In this document: positions 1-9,416 of the stretch, piece after piece
Layout of the letters: every line of letters starts with the position of its first letter
Numbering within the stretch: the stretch's first letter is position 1
Assembly (NCBI GenBank): GCA_905329745.1
Contig: CAJNSZ010000290.1
Location: forward strand, 73,052-84,757
Reading direction: 5' to 3'
Source of the DNA: Rotaria sp.
Taxonomy: Eukaryota
DNA length: 11,706 nt
Position numbers and translations under genes: made by a program
Notes under the pieces: model-generated
Told to the model about the DNA's origin: nothing
Seen by the model: only the letters and a program-made list of their open reading frames with translations
The model's database searches: none

Positions 1-598
1 AGTATTATGACATCTCATTATTACGCACAGAATCTTTCACCACTGGTTTTAAACGAGAAAATGGTGGTAAAAATTAAGGCCAATCTAACAACTCTATACT
101 ATCAGATTGATTCGGCAGCTCACACATTTCCATTGTTTCGAAGCACTATGAAGTTTGATATTAAAGGACAAATAAAAAATAGTTCGGCAAAATTAAACAA
201 ACTCGAAACCACCTTTCATCGACTATGTAAAATGTTGCACCATCCTCGCCTGCTCCAAGAAATAGCTATGCTCAACTTTTCGATATGGGGTGAGGGAAAG
301 GTTTATTCCAGGACGAAAATGAATTGAAATGCTTGGCACCATATATTTCCATGGTGAGTTTTCCAATAAATATAGAAACTCTTCTTCCAGATAAACTGTG
401 ACAACTGTAGATTCTATTAACAGAAAGAAGCAATTATACATGGTGAGAAAGTTAATAACAGGACCGATATCAAAATGAATAATAGCGGGCAAAAGATCTA
501 CAGCTAAACGAAACTTATCTAAAAGAATCTCCCTTACCTTGAAGCTTCTGTCACAAGTAGAGGTTTTGAAGCCTGATTTCAGGCACTTATTCCGGCTG

Positions 599-960
599 CC
601 CAGGTCGAAAAAGCAGACATCAGATCCTGCAAGATTGTGTAAGATCTGATCCCTACAAGATTTTTCATACGATCATACTATCATACCAAATATGTTTGTA
701 TTTTTGAAGATTTCATCAGATTCTGACTGTAAGATGTCAGCCAAAAATCTTGTAAGAATCAAAGATTAAGAAACTAACATGATCAAACTGTATGATTCCT
801 ATCCGATCTTAAAAAAACCTATCAGATTCTTCAAATAAGAAACAGATACTATGGAGTACAATCAGTCTTGTTTATTCTTATTTGATCGTAAATGATCAGC
901 TCTATATAACATTTCCTCGAGCATCATCAACCTGATCAGCTTTATTCTGAGGGAAAGCAC
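599..960. repeat. Left arm flanking the satellite. It is a GATC-rich cluster of short dispersed motifs (ATCAGATYC, TGTAAGATC, TACAAGATTTTT) and starts with CCCAGGTCGA.
   Basis: ATCAGAT(C/T)C occurs at 619, 715 and 821. TGTAAGAT occurs at 638 and 728. TACAAGATTTTT at about 654 has its reverse complement AAAAATCTTGTA at about 744. I counted 9 GATC sites in about 360 bp by eye. Confidence 0.45.
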
Positions 961-1280
961 CTAAAAAAAACAGAATTGAGTAGTCCAATTACATTCCTTC
1001 TCTCTCTAACGCATTAGCATCCGTACGTTGAGTTTTGTTCACATTCTTTCATGTCGGTCACAGCATAGAAAACCCTTCCTTATACTTAATACGTTTTCAT
1101 TTACAAACAAATCCAGCATCCAAACTTCAATTTTTAATTTTCTACACGCTGACCAAAGTGATCACACTTTTCATTTATTCTTCCAAATTTATCAACTCCA
1201 AAATGTTAAATAAATATTACATTTTTCCATATTCCTCGCGTCTAAAGTTTCAACTTCTACTATAATGTTCCGATGCCGAC

Positions 1281-3040
1281 AATACTTAAAGTAGTACCTA
1301 GGAGAACGTTCCACATACAACTAGCACACCTAGGCACGAGTTCTAGGTAACGTTTCAGTACTCAAAAGTCAGTCCTATGTACCGCTAGCGTACCTACGAG
1401 CCGACTCTAGACAGCCTTGGAATACTGAGGAGTGAGTTTCAGGCATCCATGAGCTACTTAGAAGTGAACACAATGGACCCGTGGGGTTCTCAGGAGTGAC
1501 GTCTACATACACCATTGGTGCCTCCAAGTGGATTCTAGAAACCTTCAGGGTACTTAGAAGTGACTCCTATGTGATACTTGGGCACTTAAAACTGCGTTCA
1601 ATATACCTCTGCAGTACTTAGGAGGGAGTCCTAGGTATACCTCAGATATTTACAAGTGAGTTCTATATACCCTGGGGTATTCAAAAGTGAATTTCAAGTA
1701 CTCCTAGAATAATTAACAGTCAGTCCAATCTATTTTTGAGATACTTAGCAGTGAGTCCTAGGTATCCCCGGGATACTTAGGAGTAAGTTTTAGGTACCGC
1801 CAGAGTACTTACGTGTGAGTTCTAGCTACCCCCAGGGTACTTACGAGTGAGTTCGAGGTATCCCCACAGCACTTATGAGTTAGTTCTAAATATCCCCACA
1901 ATACTTAGGAGTGAGTCCTAGGTACCCGTCAGGGTACTTATGAGTGACTTCTAAGTACCCGTCAGGATACTTATCAGTGAGTTCTAGGTACCCCCGGATA
2001 CCTAGGAGTAAGTTCTAGGTACCTCCAGTGTACGTAGAAGTGAGTTCTAGGTACCCCAGGGTACTTAGGAGTGAGTTCTAGGTATCCACACAATACTTAG
2101 GAGTGAGTTCTAGGTACCCGTCAGGGTACTTATGAGTGATTTCTAAGTACCCGTCAGGGTACTTATGAGTGAGTTCTAGTACCTTCAGTGTACGTAGGAG
2201 TGAGTTCTAGTACCTTCAGTGTACGTAGGAGTGAGTTCTAGGTACCCGCAAGATACCTAGGAGTGAGTTCTAGGTACCTCCAGTGTACGTAGAAGTGAGT
2301 TCTAGGTACCCCCAGGGTACTTACGAGTGAGTTCTAGGTATCCCCACAATACTTAGGAGTGAGTTCTAGGTACCCCCGGGGTACTGCCGAGTGAGTTCTA
2401 GGTATCTCCACGGTACTTATGAGTGACTTCTAGGTACCCGTCAGGGTACTTATGAGTGGGTTCTAGGTACCTCCAGTGTACGTAGGAGTGAGTTCCAGGT
2501 ACCCGCAGGATACTTAGAAGTGAGTTCTTGGTACGTCCAGTGTACGTAGGAGTGAGTTCTAGGTACCCCCAGGGTAGTTACGAGTGAGGTCTAGTTATCC
2601 CCACAGCACTTATGAGTTAGTTCTAAATACCCCCACAATACTTAGGAGTGAGTTCTAGGTACCCTTCAGGGTAGTTATGGGTGAGTTCTAGGTACCCCAT
2701 TGATACTTAGAAGTGAGTCCTATGTACTCCTGAGGTGCTTAAAAGTAGGCGTAGGTACCCATGTGTACTTAAAACTGAGTCCAATCTATCTCTGAGGTAC
2801 TTAGGAGTGGGTTCTAGGTACCTTTGTATATTCACAAGGTAATCCTATATACCGTGGGATATCTGAAAGTGGTCCGAAGTACCGCTTGGGTGCTGAAAAG
2901 TGAGTCCAATCTACCTTTGTGGTACTTGGAAGTCAATCTTACGTTTGCCGGAAACAGTTTGGAGTGAGTCTAAAGTACCGCAGATGTGCCTATGGCTGAG
3001 TCCTTGGTATCGTCGGGTTGTGGAATATGGGTCCCTGTGG
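1281..3040. repeat. Tandem satellite array, monomer 32-33 bp, consensus approx GTGAGTTCTAGGTACCCCCAGGGTACTTAGGA, roughly 50-55 copies. The core at 1741-2700 is homogeneous and both edges are degenerate.
   Basis: Read directly. Successive GTGAGT landmarks fall at 2295, 2327, 2359, 2391, 2423 and 2456, giving a period of 32-33. The motifs GAGTTCTAGGTAC and GGTACTTAGGAGT recur head to tail across the region. There is no unique spacer between units. Confidence 0.92.
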
Positions 3041-3170
3041 ATTTGTGTTTTTAAATAGATTCGCATGGTTATTTAACGTTACGTTGAAGTCTAATTGATG
3101 AAGTGGGTGAAGATTCGCAATTATGTATGTTTCTGAGTGTATCTGGGAAATTATTAGTACACGGTTTGAT

Positions 3171-3364
3171 TTCATGATATCAGATCATGTTGTAAGATCA
3201 TACAAGAGTCGTACCATACGGATTGATATCAGATCGCAGGAACTACGATTTTTTGTATGATTTTTCGTATGATCCTACATGAACTTATATGGTTCTGACA
3301 TCTGATCGGATATGGTCATATATGAATACATAACTGGTCTTACTATCTGTTTGCTCGACCTGGG
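3171..3364. repeat. Right arm flanking the satellite. It carries the same motif family as the left arm and ends with TCGACCTGGG, the reverse complement of the left-arm start.
   Basis: TGATATCAGATC is duplicated at 3175 and 3224. TGTAAGATC is at 3191, TACAAGA at about 3200, and GATTTTTCGTATGATCCTAC at about 3259 (compare GATTTTTCATACGATCATAC at about 659). There are 5 GATC sites in about 140 bp. TCGACCTGGG lies at 3355-3364. Confidence 0.45.
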
Positions 3365-4083
3365 TGCATATTTTTAGCAAAGGTGAGATATAAGATCAAC
3401 ATCAAAGAATTATTCAAATGTCATTCCGTTGTGCTGGAAAAGACACTCAAAACTGTCCTTCTATTTCATGAGAGGTATGGTTTTGATTTTCGCTTTGGCA
3501 AAGGTTTTCCTGTGCATACTTCTAATCTCAAAGCAGGCTCACTTATTTGCCTTCGAAATAAGGCTGCAAAACGCTATCCTAAGTCACTTCTATACTAAAC
3601 TTTACATACTTATATCTTTTCGAACTGTGATGACATCAGCACAGTATGATCAGTATAGCTGATTCCAGTAAAAATACTACTCTGATTTTATGAAATAGGA
3701 AAAATGACGTAATCCTTGCGTGTCGTTATATCTTGTTTGAAACTGGATACAATCAAATCACTGAATTTTTCAAAGAAAATATTATTCTTTATGACATTCA
3801 ACTGAAATAAAACTTGATAGATCTCATAAGTTTTGATAGTTGCGCTTTCCTTATCTCGAATATATCATTTTGGATTCTTCTTGCTCATGCGCTACAAAAA
3901 AATCGTCTAATTTCTTTTTCTTTTTCATCATGGCGTGCAGATGGATAAAAGAACATAGTATCCACAATCCTATACTCGGTGCTGCATAGTTATATAGTAA
4001 AACTACGGAATAAATTTGGTATCCTAGCACTTTCGTCAAAAGTTATGAATATTTTAGTTTTGCCCTTGTAGAGCATGCTACAT

Positions 4084-4216
4084 ACTTAGGGTATACCAAA
4101 AGTAATGACGCCACCGTCATAATATAGTATATAAGGCTTATGGAATTTTTTTCTCTCATATATTCTGATAGAGCAAGTTTCGCTCTATCATTCTACATAT
4201 TTCATAAATCTTCAAA
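4084..4216 (+). repeat. Left terminal inverted repeat of the mariner-like element.
   Basis: It aligns without gaps to the reverse complement of 5642-5774, with about 9 mismatches in 133 positions by eye. It starts ACTTAGGGTATACCAAAAGTAATGACGCCACC. Confidence 0.88.
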
Positions 4217-5773
4217 TGTATAGAAATTTAAAAAAGTATTGAACGATTTTAAGTCGCCTGGACTTTCCTCGAAATTTTACTATGAAAATGCGAAAGAGTT
4301 TACCATGTATGCGTAAAAAACAAACAGTACGTGCATCTTTTATACATACACGTTACTGGATATGAAATTAGTCGAAAAGCAAAGAAAAGAAAATGTGCGA
4401 ATATGTAAAAAGAAAAAAGATAAGAACAGAAACAACATGCTCTAGCGACACATCATAGTGCTTGCGACCTAGATCATAAGAGAATCACAACTACTCATCG
4501 CTCTTCAAATGGATAAAGAACATTTCCGTTTCTATATTAAAGTCCGTACTGCACTTCATATTCAACCAACAGTCATTCATAACGAATTACATACTGTCTT
4601 TGGTGATCAAGCTTCCCTTCTCAGAACTGTTCAAAGGTGGTCAAAATCGTTTCCTGAATGTCGAGTAGAAGTTGAAGATGAAGAAAGATCTGGAAGACCT
4701 GTAACGGAGACAACACCCGAAAATGTCGACTGGATCCGTGATCTTATCAATGATGATCCTTATCTTACAGTTGACGAGATCGAAGAACAAACGGGTCTAA
4801 GTCATGGCACTGTGCAACGAATCATTTCTGACCATTTACAGTTGAGAAAAATAACCACTCGTTATATTCCTAAACATCTAACAAATTCTCAGAAGGCTGA
4901 ATGGGTGTGTATATGTCAGGAGAATTTATCAAAATTTGAACAAGGTGTTTGGAGATTAAGTGATGTGGTGACAGGAGATGAATCATGGTTTTATCACAAG
5001 CAAATCGGTCGAAAGTCGTCGAATGCTGCTTGGGTAGCACGTGGAGGTGCCCAACCAGCGGTGGTTCGACGTAGTCGCTTTGCTCCTAGAACGTTCCTGT
5101 CTATTTTCTTTAAGTCAACTGGTCCAGTTTTGGTTCATCGTGTTGAATGTGGACAAACAATTGATCATGAATATTACATCGACAATTGTTTGGCGCCTGA
5201 TCTCGAAGAAATTAAGAACTAACGACTCTCTTTAGGCGTTCATGGGATTAAACTCCATCATGACAATGGCAAACCACACATTCATATAGATGTGGTCAGT
5301 TATCTGGAATCTGAAGGCGTGACGATTATGCCACACCCACCCAACTCGCCAGATCTGGTTCCGTGTGACTTTTGGTTGTTTGATTTATTCAAACAAAATC
5401 TCGGTAATCAAGATAATGCCGAGTCGTTATATGAAGCTGTTGTGAAGTTCATGAAGTCATTGAAGAAGGAAGAGTATAAAAAGACTTTCGACAAATGGAC
5501 TGAACGGATGAAGTTATGTATAAACAATCAGGGAGAGTATTTTGAACATTTGTTATAATAAAACATGATGAACTTGCTGCAAAAAATTTTTTTTGACGAC
5601 TCAGATACTTTTCCCCTTATACTTTGAATATTTTATTACTGTTTAAAGATTTATAAAATATGTAGAACGATAGAGCGAAACTTGCCCTATCAGAATATAT
5701 GAGAGAAAAAAATTTCATAAGCCTTATATACAATATTATGAGGGTGGCGTCATTACTTTTGGTATGCGCTAAG
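4085..5773 (+). mobile_element. Mariner-like element (Tc1/mariner superfamily, D,D34D type), a near full-length copy of about 1.69 kb with long TIRs.
   Basis: Terminal inverted repeats of about 133 bp bracket a 349-codon frame with mariner transposase hallmarks: an N-terminal HTH region with VEDEERSGRP, then VVTGDESWFY, LHHDNGKPH, PHPPNSPDLVPCDFWLF, and a C-terminal GEYFE. TA lies immediately left of the element at 4083-4084. Confidence 0.92.
4509..5558 (+). pseudogene. Mariner transposase, one continuous frame of 349 codons interrupted by a single in-frame TAA at 5220-5222. The track ORFs 4509..5222 and 5292..5558 are its two halves.
   Basis: Both track ORFs are in the same frame (4509 and 5292 are both divisible by 3). 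The 5223-5291 segment between them translates RLSLGVHGIKLHHDNGKPHIHID, which holds the second catalytic Asp motif. The putative triad is D157 (gat 4977-4979), D252 (gac 5262-5264) and D287 (gac 5367-5369), which gives D34D spacing. The frame ends ...GEYFEHLL followed by TAA TAA. Confidence 0.9.
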
Positions 5774-5774
5774 T
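5642..5774 (-). repeat. Right terminal inverted repeat of the mariner-like element.
   Basis: Its reverse complement reads ACTTAGCGCATACCAAAAGTAATGACGCCACCCTCATAATATTGTATATAAGGCTTATG... and matches 4084-4216. Confidence 0.88.
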
Positions 5775-5966
5775 GTATCGGTTTAAATTATGCTTCTATG
5801 TCTTCATTATTGTTTTTCTTGATATTAAGAAGTTCTATTGATTGAACTATTAGCTACTGATATTGCGCAGCAATTTAGATAAAGCAATACTGTATAGTAC
5901 ATTTACGAAACAACTTTAACTTTGAACTGTACAGGAAATAAAAGTTGAAAATTTGTAATCGATTTT

Positions 5967-6096
5967 GCAGGGTAACCCTGTCAGTAACCGTGTCAGGACA
6001 GGACAGGATGTGTTTTTTTCTAAATATTTCTGGCCCACAGGATGGGATAAGACAGAGCAGGGTACAGGACAGGGTGAAAAAAACTGTCCTGTGGAC
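5967..6096. other. GC-richer island with direct and inverted copies of ACAGGACAG(G), flanked by complementary T7 and A7 runs. It can form alternative hairpins.
   Basis: ACAGGACAGG is at 5998-6007 and 6064-6073, and CTGTCCTGT (its reverse complement) is at 6084-6092. A T7 run lies at 6013-6019 and an A7 run at 6077-6083. GCAGGGTA occurs at 5967 and 6057. CAGGGTAACCCTG at 5968-5980 is a palindrome. Confidence 0.55.
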
Positions 6097-6320
6097 ACCT
6101 CTGGTACTTACTTCTTCGTCTCATATTTGTTGACGTTATAGAAAAACTTTTATTTTTCAACTGTCACAAATCTTCACATTGAAATAGAAATACACATCAT
6201 TCTTTAAATGCAGTTATCTATGCGTAAAGTACAAGAGAGGTCCTCAAAAATCATCTCTTTTCTCCTCTGATGACTACAATAACTGTTTACATTCAATTAC
6301 GAAACTAAATTTCTCGTAGC

Positions 6321-6346
6321 AAAAAAACAAAAACAAAAACAAAAAC
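6321..6346. repeat. Microsatellite (AAAAAC)x4.
   Basis: Read directly: aaaaaaacaaaaacaaaaacaaaaac. Confidence 0.95.
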
Positions 6347-9300
6347 ATTTAGATTTTCAACTATCTATCAGTTCTAAAATGATACTTAGTCTCAATAGAA
6401 TATATATGAATTAATTTTATACTTGACATTCATCAAGAAAAATCATATGCTGATCTTATATTCATACAAGAAAAGTTCTTTTCTAATAGAATTAGGTTTT
6501 CTAATTTCAGTAAACCCGAAAACTAAAAAGATACATAGTCAAGAAAAACTATGTGTTGCAAAATTGAATCTGTCTATTATAGAAATTCTTGTTCAAAATA
6601 TTTCTATAGCCCACATGAAATAGTCATAACATTAACGGAATATATGCATATTTTTTGAATTTTAATTCTTAAATATTTAGTAATTTCTCCTATTATGTAA
6701 AGATCTGTTTCAGTTCTATTATTAACCTCTATATTTTTAGCATTTTAAAAATGAATTGTTGTAGGTAAAATGAGAAATTTCTAGAAACGACATCAAATAT
6801 AGCTTCATTTAATAATTATCAATTTAATAGTCATATAGAGTACTGTCAAATCAAAAGAGTGCGCTGTCCTTTTTTTGTCTTTTTGTAATTCTGAAATGTC
6901 AGAAAAATTTTAGTGGCTCTGAGTTCAAACAATATAAAAAGCATTTTCAGTAAAATTTTTACGGCAAATATTTGTTAAGTCGTTCGATAATCTTCTTGTT
7001 CTTCAAAAAGTCATGGAGTATACAAAAATTTAATGAGAAGAAAATCCTAATCAGGAATGACTACAATATACACATGACACTAGATATCTTTTACTTTACA
7101 TTTTCGTTTTATTCAAGTCTATAAAAACAAAGACAATGTCAAGAAATTCGATTAACCTTCCGTTAGATATATCTATTTTGCTAATGGTAGCAAAATATAA
7201 GAATAAAACTAGCTAATGAATCGCAAGAAGGACACATATTTAATAAAAAAAAATGTTAAAATAATCTTTTTTGAAAAAGATTTTGAAGTGTGGGTCTTTT
7301 CTAAGATTTTTATTGTTTTCTGATTGACTTTTACTACTCAGAATGATGAAGAACCCCATTTTATACATATTTTATATGAAATCTATTAGAAAAACATGAA
7401 TTCGGCAGAATGAAAACTAATGTAGATATAGTTACAATACTCGGACTCCCATTAATACAGAGGAATTCATAAAAATTTTATACATATCAAATGAAAATTT
7501 CGCAAACAATCAGTTATTTGAAAATTTTGATACTTTGCCTCTTTCAATGACTTTCCTTGCTGTCATCTGTTTCAAAACTGTTTATTTACTATCTAAACAT
7601 TCAGATATATGAGTAGTTAAATTGAGAGAATGACGATATTGTCTCAAGTAATTTTCAACTTCCATTAATGTTCCTTTTCTCACACAGATACTCACAACAC
7701 TAACCGTTGGCAGTAATATCAACGATAATGAGCCACAAATATTTGCAAAAGTACTGAAAACGAATAAAGTAAGTTTATTTTTTCTACGAGATCTATTTAT
7801 TGCAGGTAATGATTTTCTCACAAAAATAAAAAATAGATTAAATTATCAATAGTCTGTAGTCAAATACAAGATAGTTCTTGTTATTTTCTTCAGATAGTTT
7901 GTTCACACTCATAATCTATAATTGTGAACAATGGTCAAGAATGTAATACTTATTTCAATAGGATATAAACAATATAAAGTTGACATTCTTAATAAATTAC
8001 TTTCAAACTGAATTGAAGTCAATTTCTAAACAATAGAATGAAATACTACGATAATTCTAAACAAACTTGATTTTTTTTTATCTTAAGATTTTTATTCGAC
8101 ATGACCAATTCAAAATATATAGAAAAAGAATTTAGAATAATACAAGATTTATAATACTATTCTTTCTAGGGTTAAAGTTTTCTACTTGGATCAATTTCAG
8201 GTATGAATAAAACAGAAAAATTTCTTAATTTGGGAGATAAAAGATAGTGACATTTGGTATCTAATATATCATTACATCATAAGTAGGAGAATTGAAAATT
8301 GTGATATTCACTAGGTTTATTTAATATGCATTGAAAAGTTAAATATTCTTTTATATCGGAATTCCGATCTAATTTCAATTACAAGTTACAAAGAACGGAT
8401 TTCTCAAGTACATTGTCTCAGTAACTCACAAAAATCAAATAGTTTTATTGTTGAAAAAAAATGTTTCTCTAGTTAATATTTCTCTTCAGTAGTTCTTTAT
8501 TTTTTCCTAACTATTACTCGAAAAGAACACAATTCAATTATTAAATTTTGCTTTTGTAACAATATTTACTTTTCTTTTCAATAACACTTAAGATCGAATA
8601 AATTTTCATGAAAACCAATCTGCTTAATCATTCATTCATCGAACATTAGCTATAAAGAATCACTTCGTAAGCTTATTCGTGATAACGTCTGTTATACTAG
8701 CAGTTTTTCATATTTCAAACTACTTCTTCTTCTTTACTATACAAAAATAAAATACTGTGAACAAAAAAGGAAATCAAAATATCTTTCATGAAATTAATTT
8801 CTACCATTAAAAAATTGAATTTTCAGATGAAAAGTCAAAGTATATGTTTGTCTAATACTAAAATCACAAAGAATTTCTTCGAACTTGTCGCTTAAGTATT
8901 GTTTTCAAATGTTTTTAGAAATATTTATCTTTATTGAAGTAGAAAAAAATGCTTTTTTTCAGAACTAATACACAAGTATATGTATAGAATGAACAAAAAG
9001 TATTAATAACGATACTTTATGAAAGCATAGTTATATTTAAATGTATGTTAGTCTTTATTGATCTTCTTTCAGATTTTATTTTCTTCAATTTTTCTTGAAA
9101 ATGTTAAATATAAATCTTAAAAATTGTGTAAACTTTGCTGAAAAAATCATTAAGAACTACAAAAAAAAAATTAGTTATTCTAATTTTCTAGTCTAAAAGT
9201 AGAATATTTCTTATAAAAAATCTTCTGAAATTCTAACATATTTAAACAGTAGAATTTATTTATGTATAAATATTTTCATTTGAAGAACTTGATATATGTA

Positions 9301-9390
9301 TGCACATTTATTTGAATATATTTAAATTAAACATTTTAAATAATCTCATATTAAATTATTTGTGTCAAAATCATTTTCCTTCCTTTCCAA

Positions 9391-9416
9391 CTCTCTCTCT
9401 CTATATATATATATAT
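9391..9416. repeat. Compound microsatellite (CT)6(TA)7.
   Basis: Read directly: ctctctctctctatatatatatatat. Confidence 0.95.

Noticed and set aside
1-492. Overlapping ORFs 7..327 (+) and 223..492 (-). The minus-strand product contains HFRPG followed by ...EHSYFLEQ, faintly reminiscent of the GFRPGRS...LRQ region of non-LTR retrotransposon reverse transcriptases.
   Set aside because: Only a 4-residue motif matches. Translating the continuation on the minus strand gave no convincing F-D-x-K-x-A-F-D-S-V type motif and hit stops quickly. This is not enough to call an RT remnant. A profile search (RVT_1) would decide it.
1281-3040. The regular 32-bp periodicity could superficially suggest a CRISPR array.
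   Set aside because: There are no unique spacers, because the whole 32-33 bp unit is itself the repeat and units are contiguous. Copies diverge gradually as in a satellite. The context is eukaryotic and there are no cas genes.
599-3364. The GATC over-representation in the arms as a methylation (Dam-like) or restriction-related signal.
   Set aside because: The GATC sites sit inside the repeated motifs (CAGATC, AAGATC, TGATC), so the enrichment is explained by motif repetition. The eukaryotic context gives no reason to invoke Dam-type regulation.
4084-4092. The 8-mer TACTTAGG is shared between the tip of the mariner TIR and the satellite monomer (GGTACTTAGGAGT), hinting that the satellite derives from a mariner terminus.
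   Set aside because: The similarity does not extend beyond 8 nt. With about 50 monomer copies in the window such a short match is uninformative.
5220-5222. The in-frame TAA could be a sense codon under a ciliate-type genetic code (TAA/TAG = Gln), given the AT-rich context. The transposase would then be intact.
   Set aside because: The same frame terminates with TAA TAA directly after the conserved mariner C-terminal motif GEYFEHLL, exactly where mariner transposases normally end. Reading TAA as sense would add about 26 unrelated residues up to a TGA near 5634. The standard code with a nonsense mutation is the simpler reading.
4083-5777. A clean TA target-site duplication for the mariner element.
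   Set aside because: TA is present immediately left of CTTAGGG (4083-4084). On the right, CGCTAAG is followed by TG (5774-5775) and then TA (5776-5777). The right copy is either mutated or the boundary is offset by 1-2 nt, so I cannot call the TSD with confidence.
7690-7775. Splice-like signals around the ORF 7582..7821. On the minus strand, ttttcag is followed by about 49 nt and then gttagt. On the plus strand there is an AAAGTAAGT donor near 7766.
   Set aside because: Both strands give plausible-looking signals, which is expected by chance in AT-rich DNA. There is no recognisable coding content, so no exon can be supported without transcript data.
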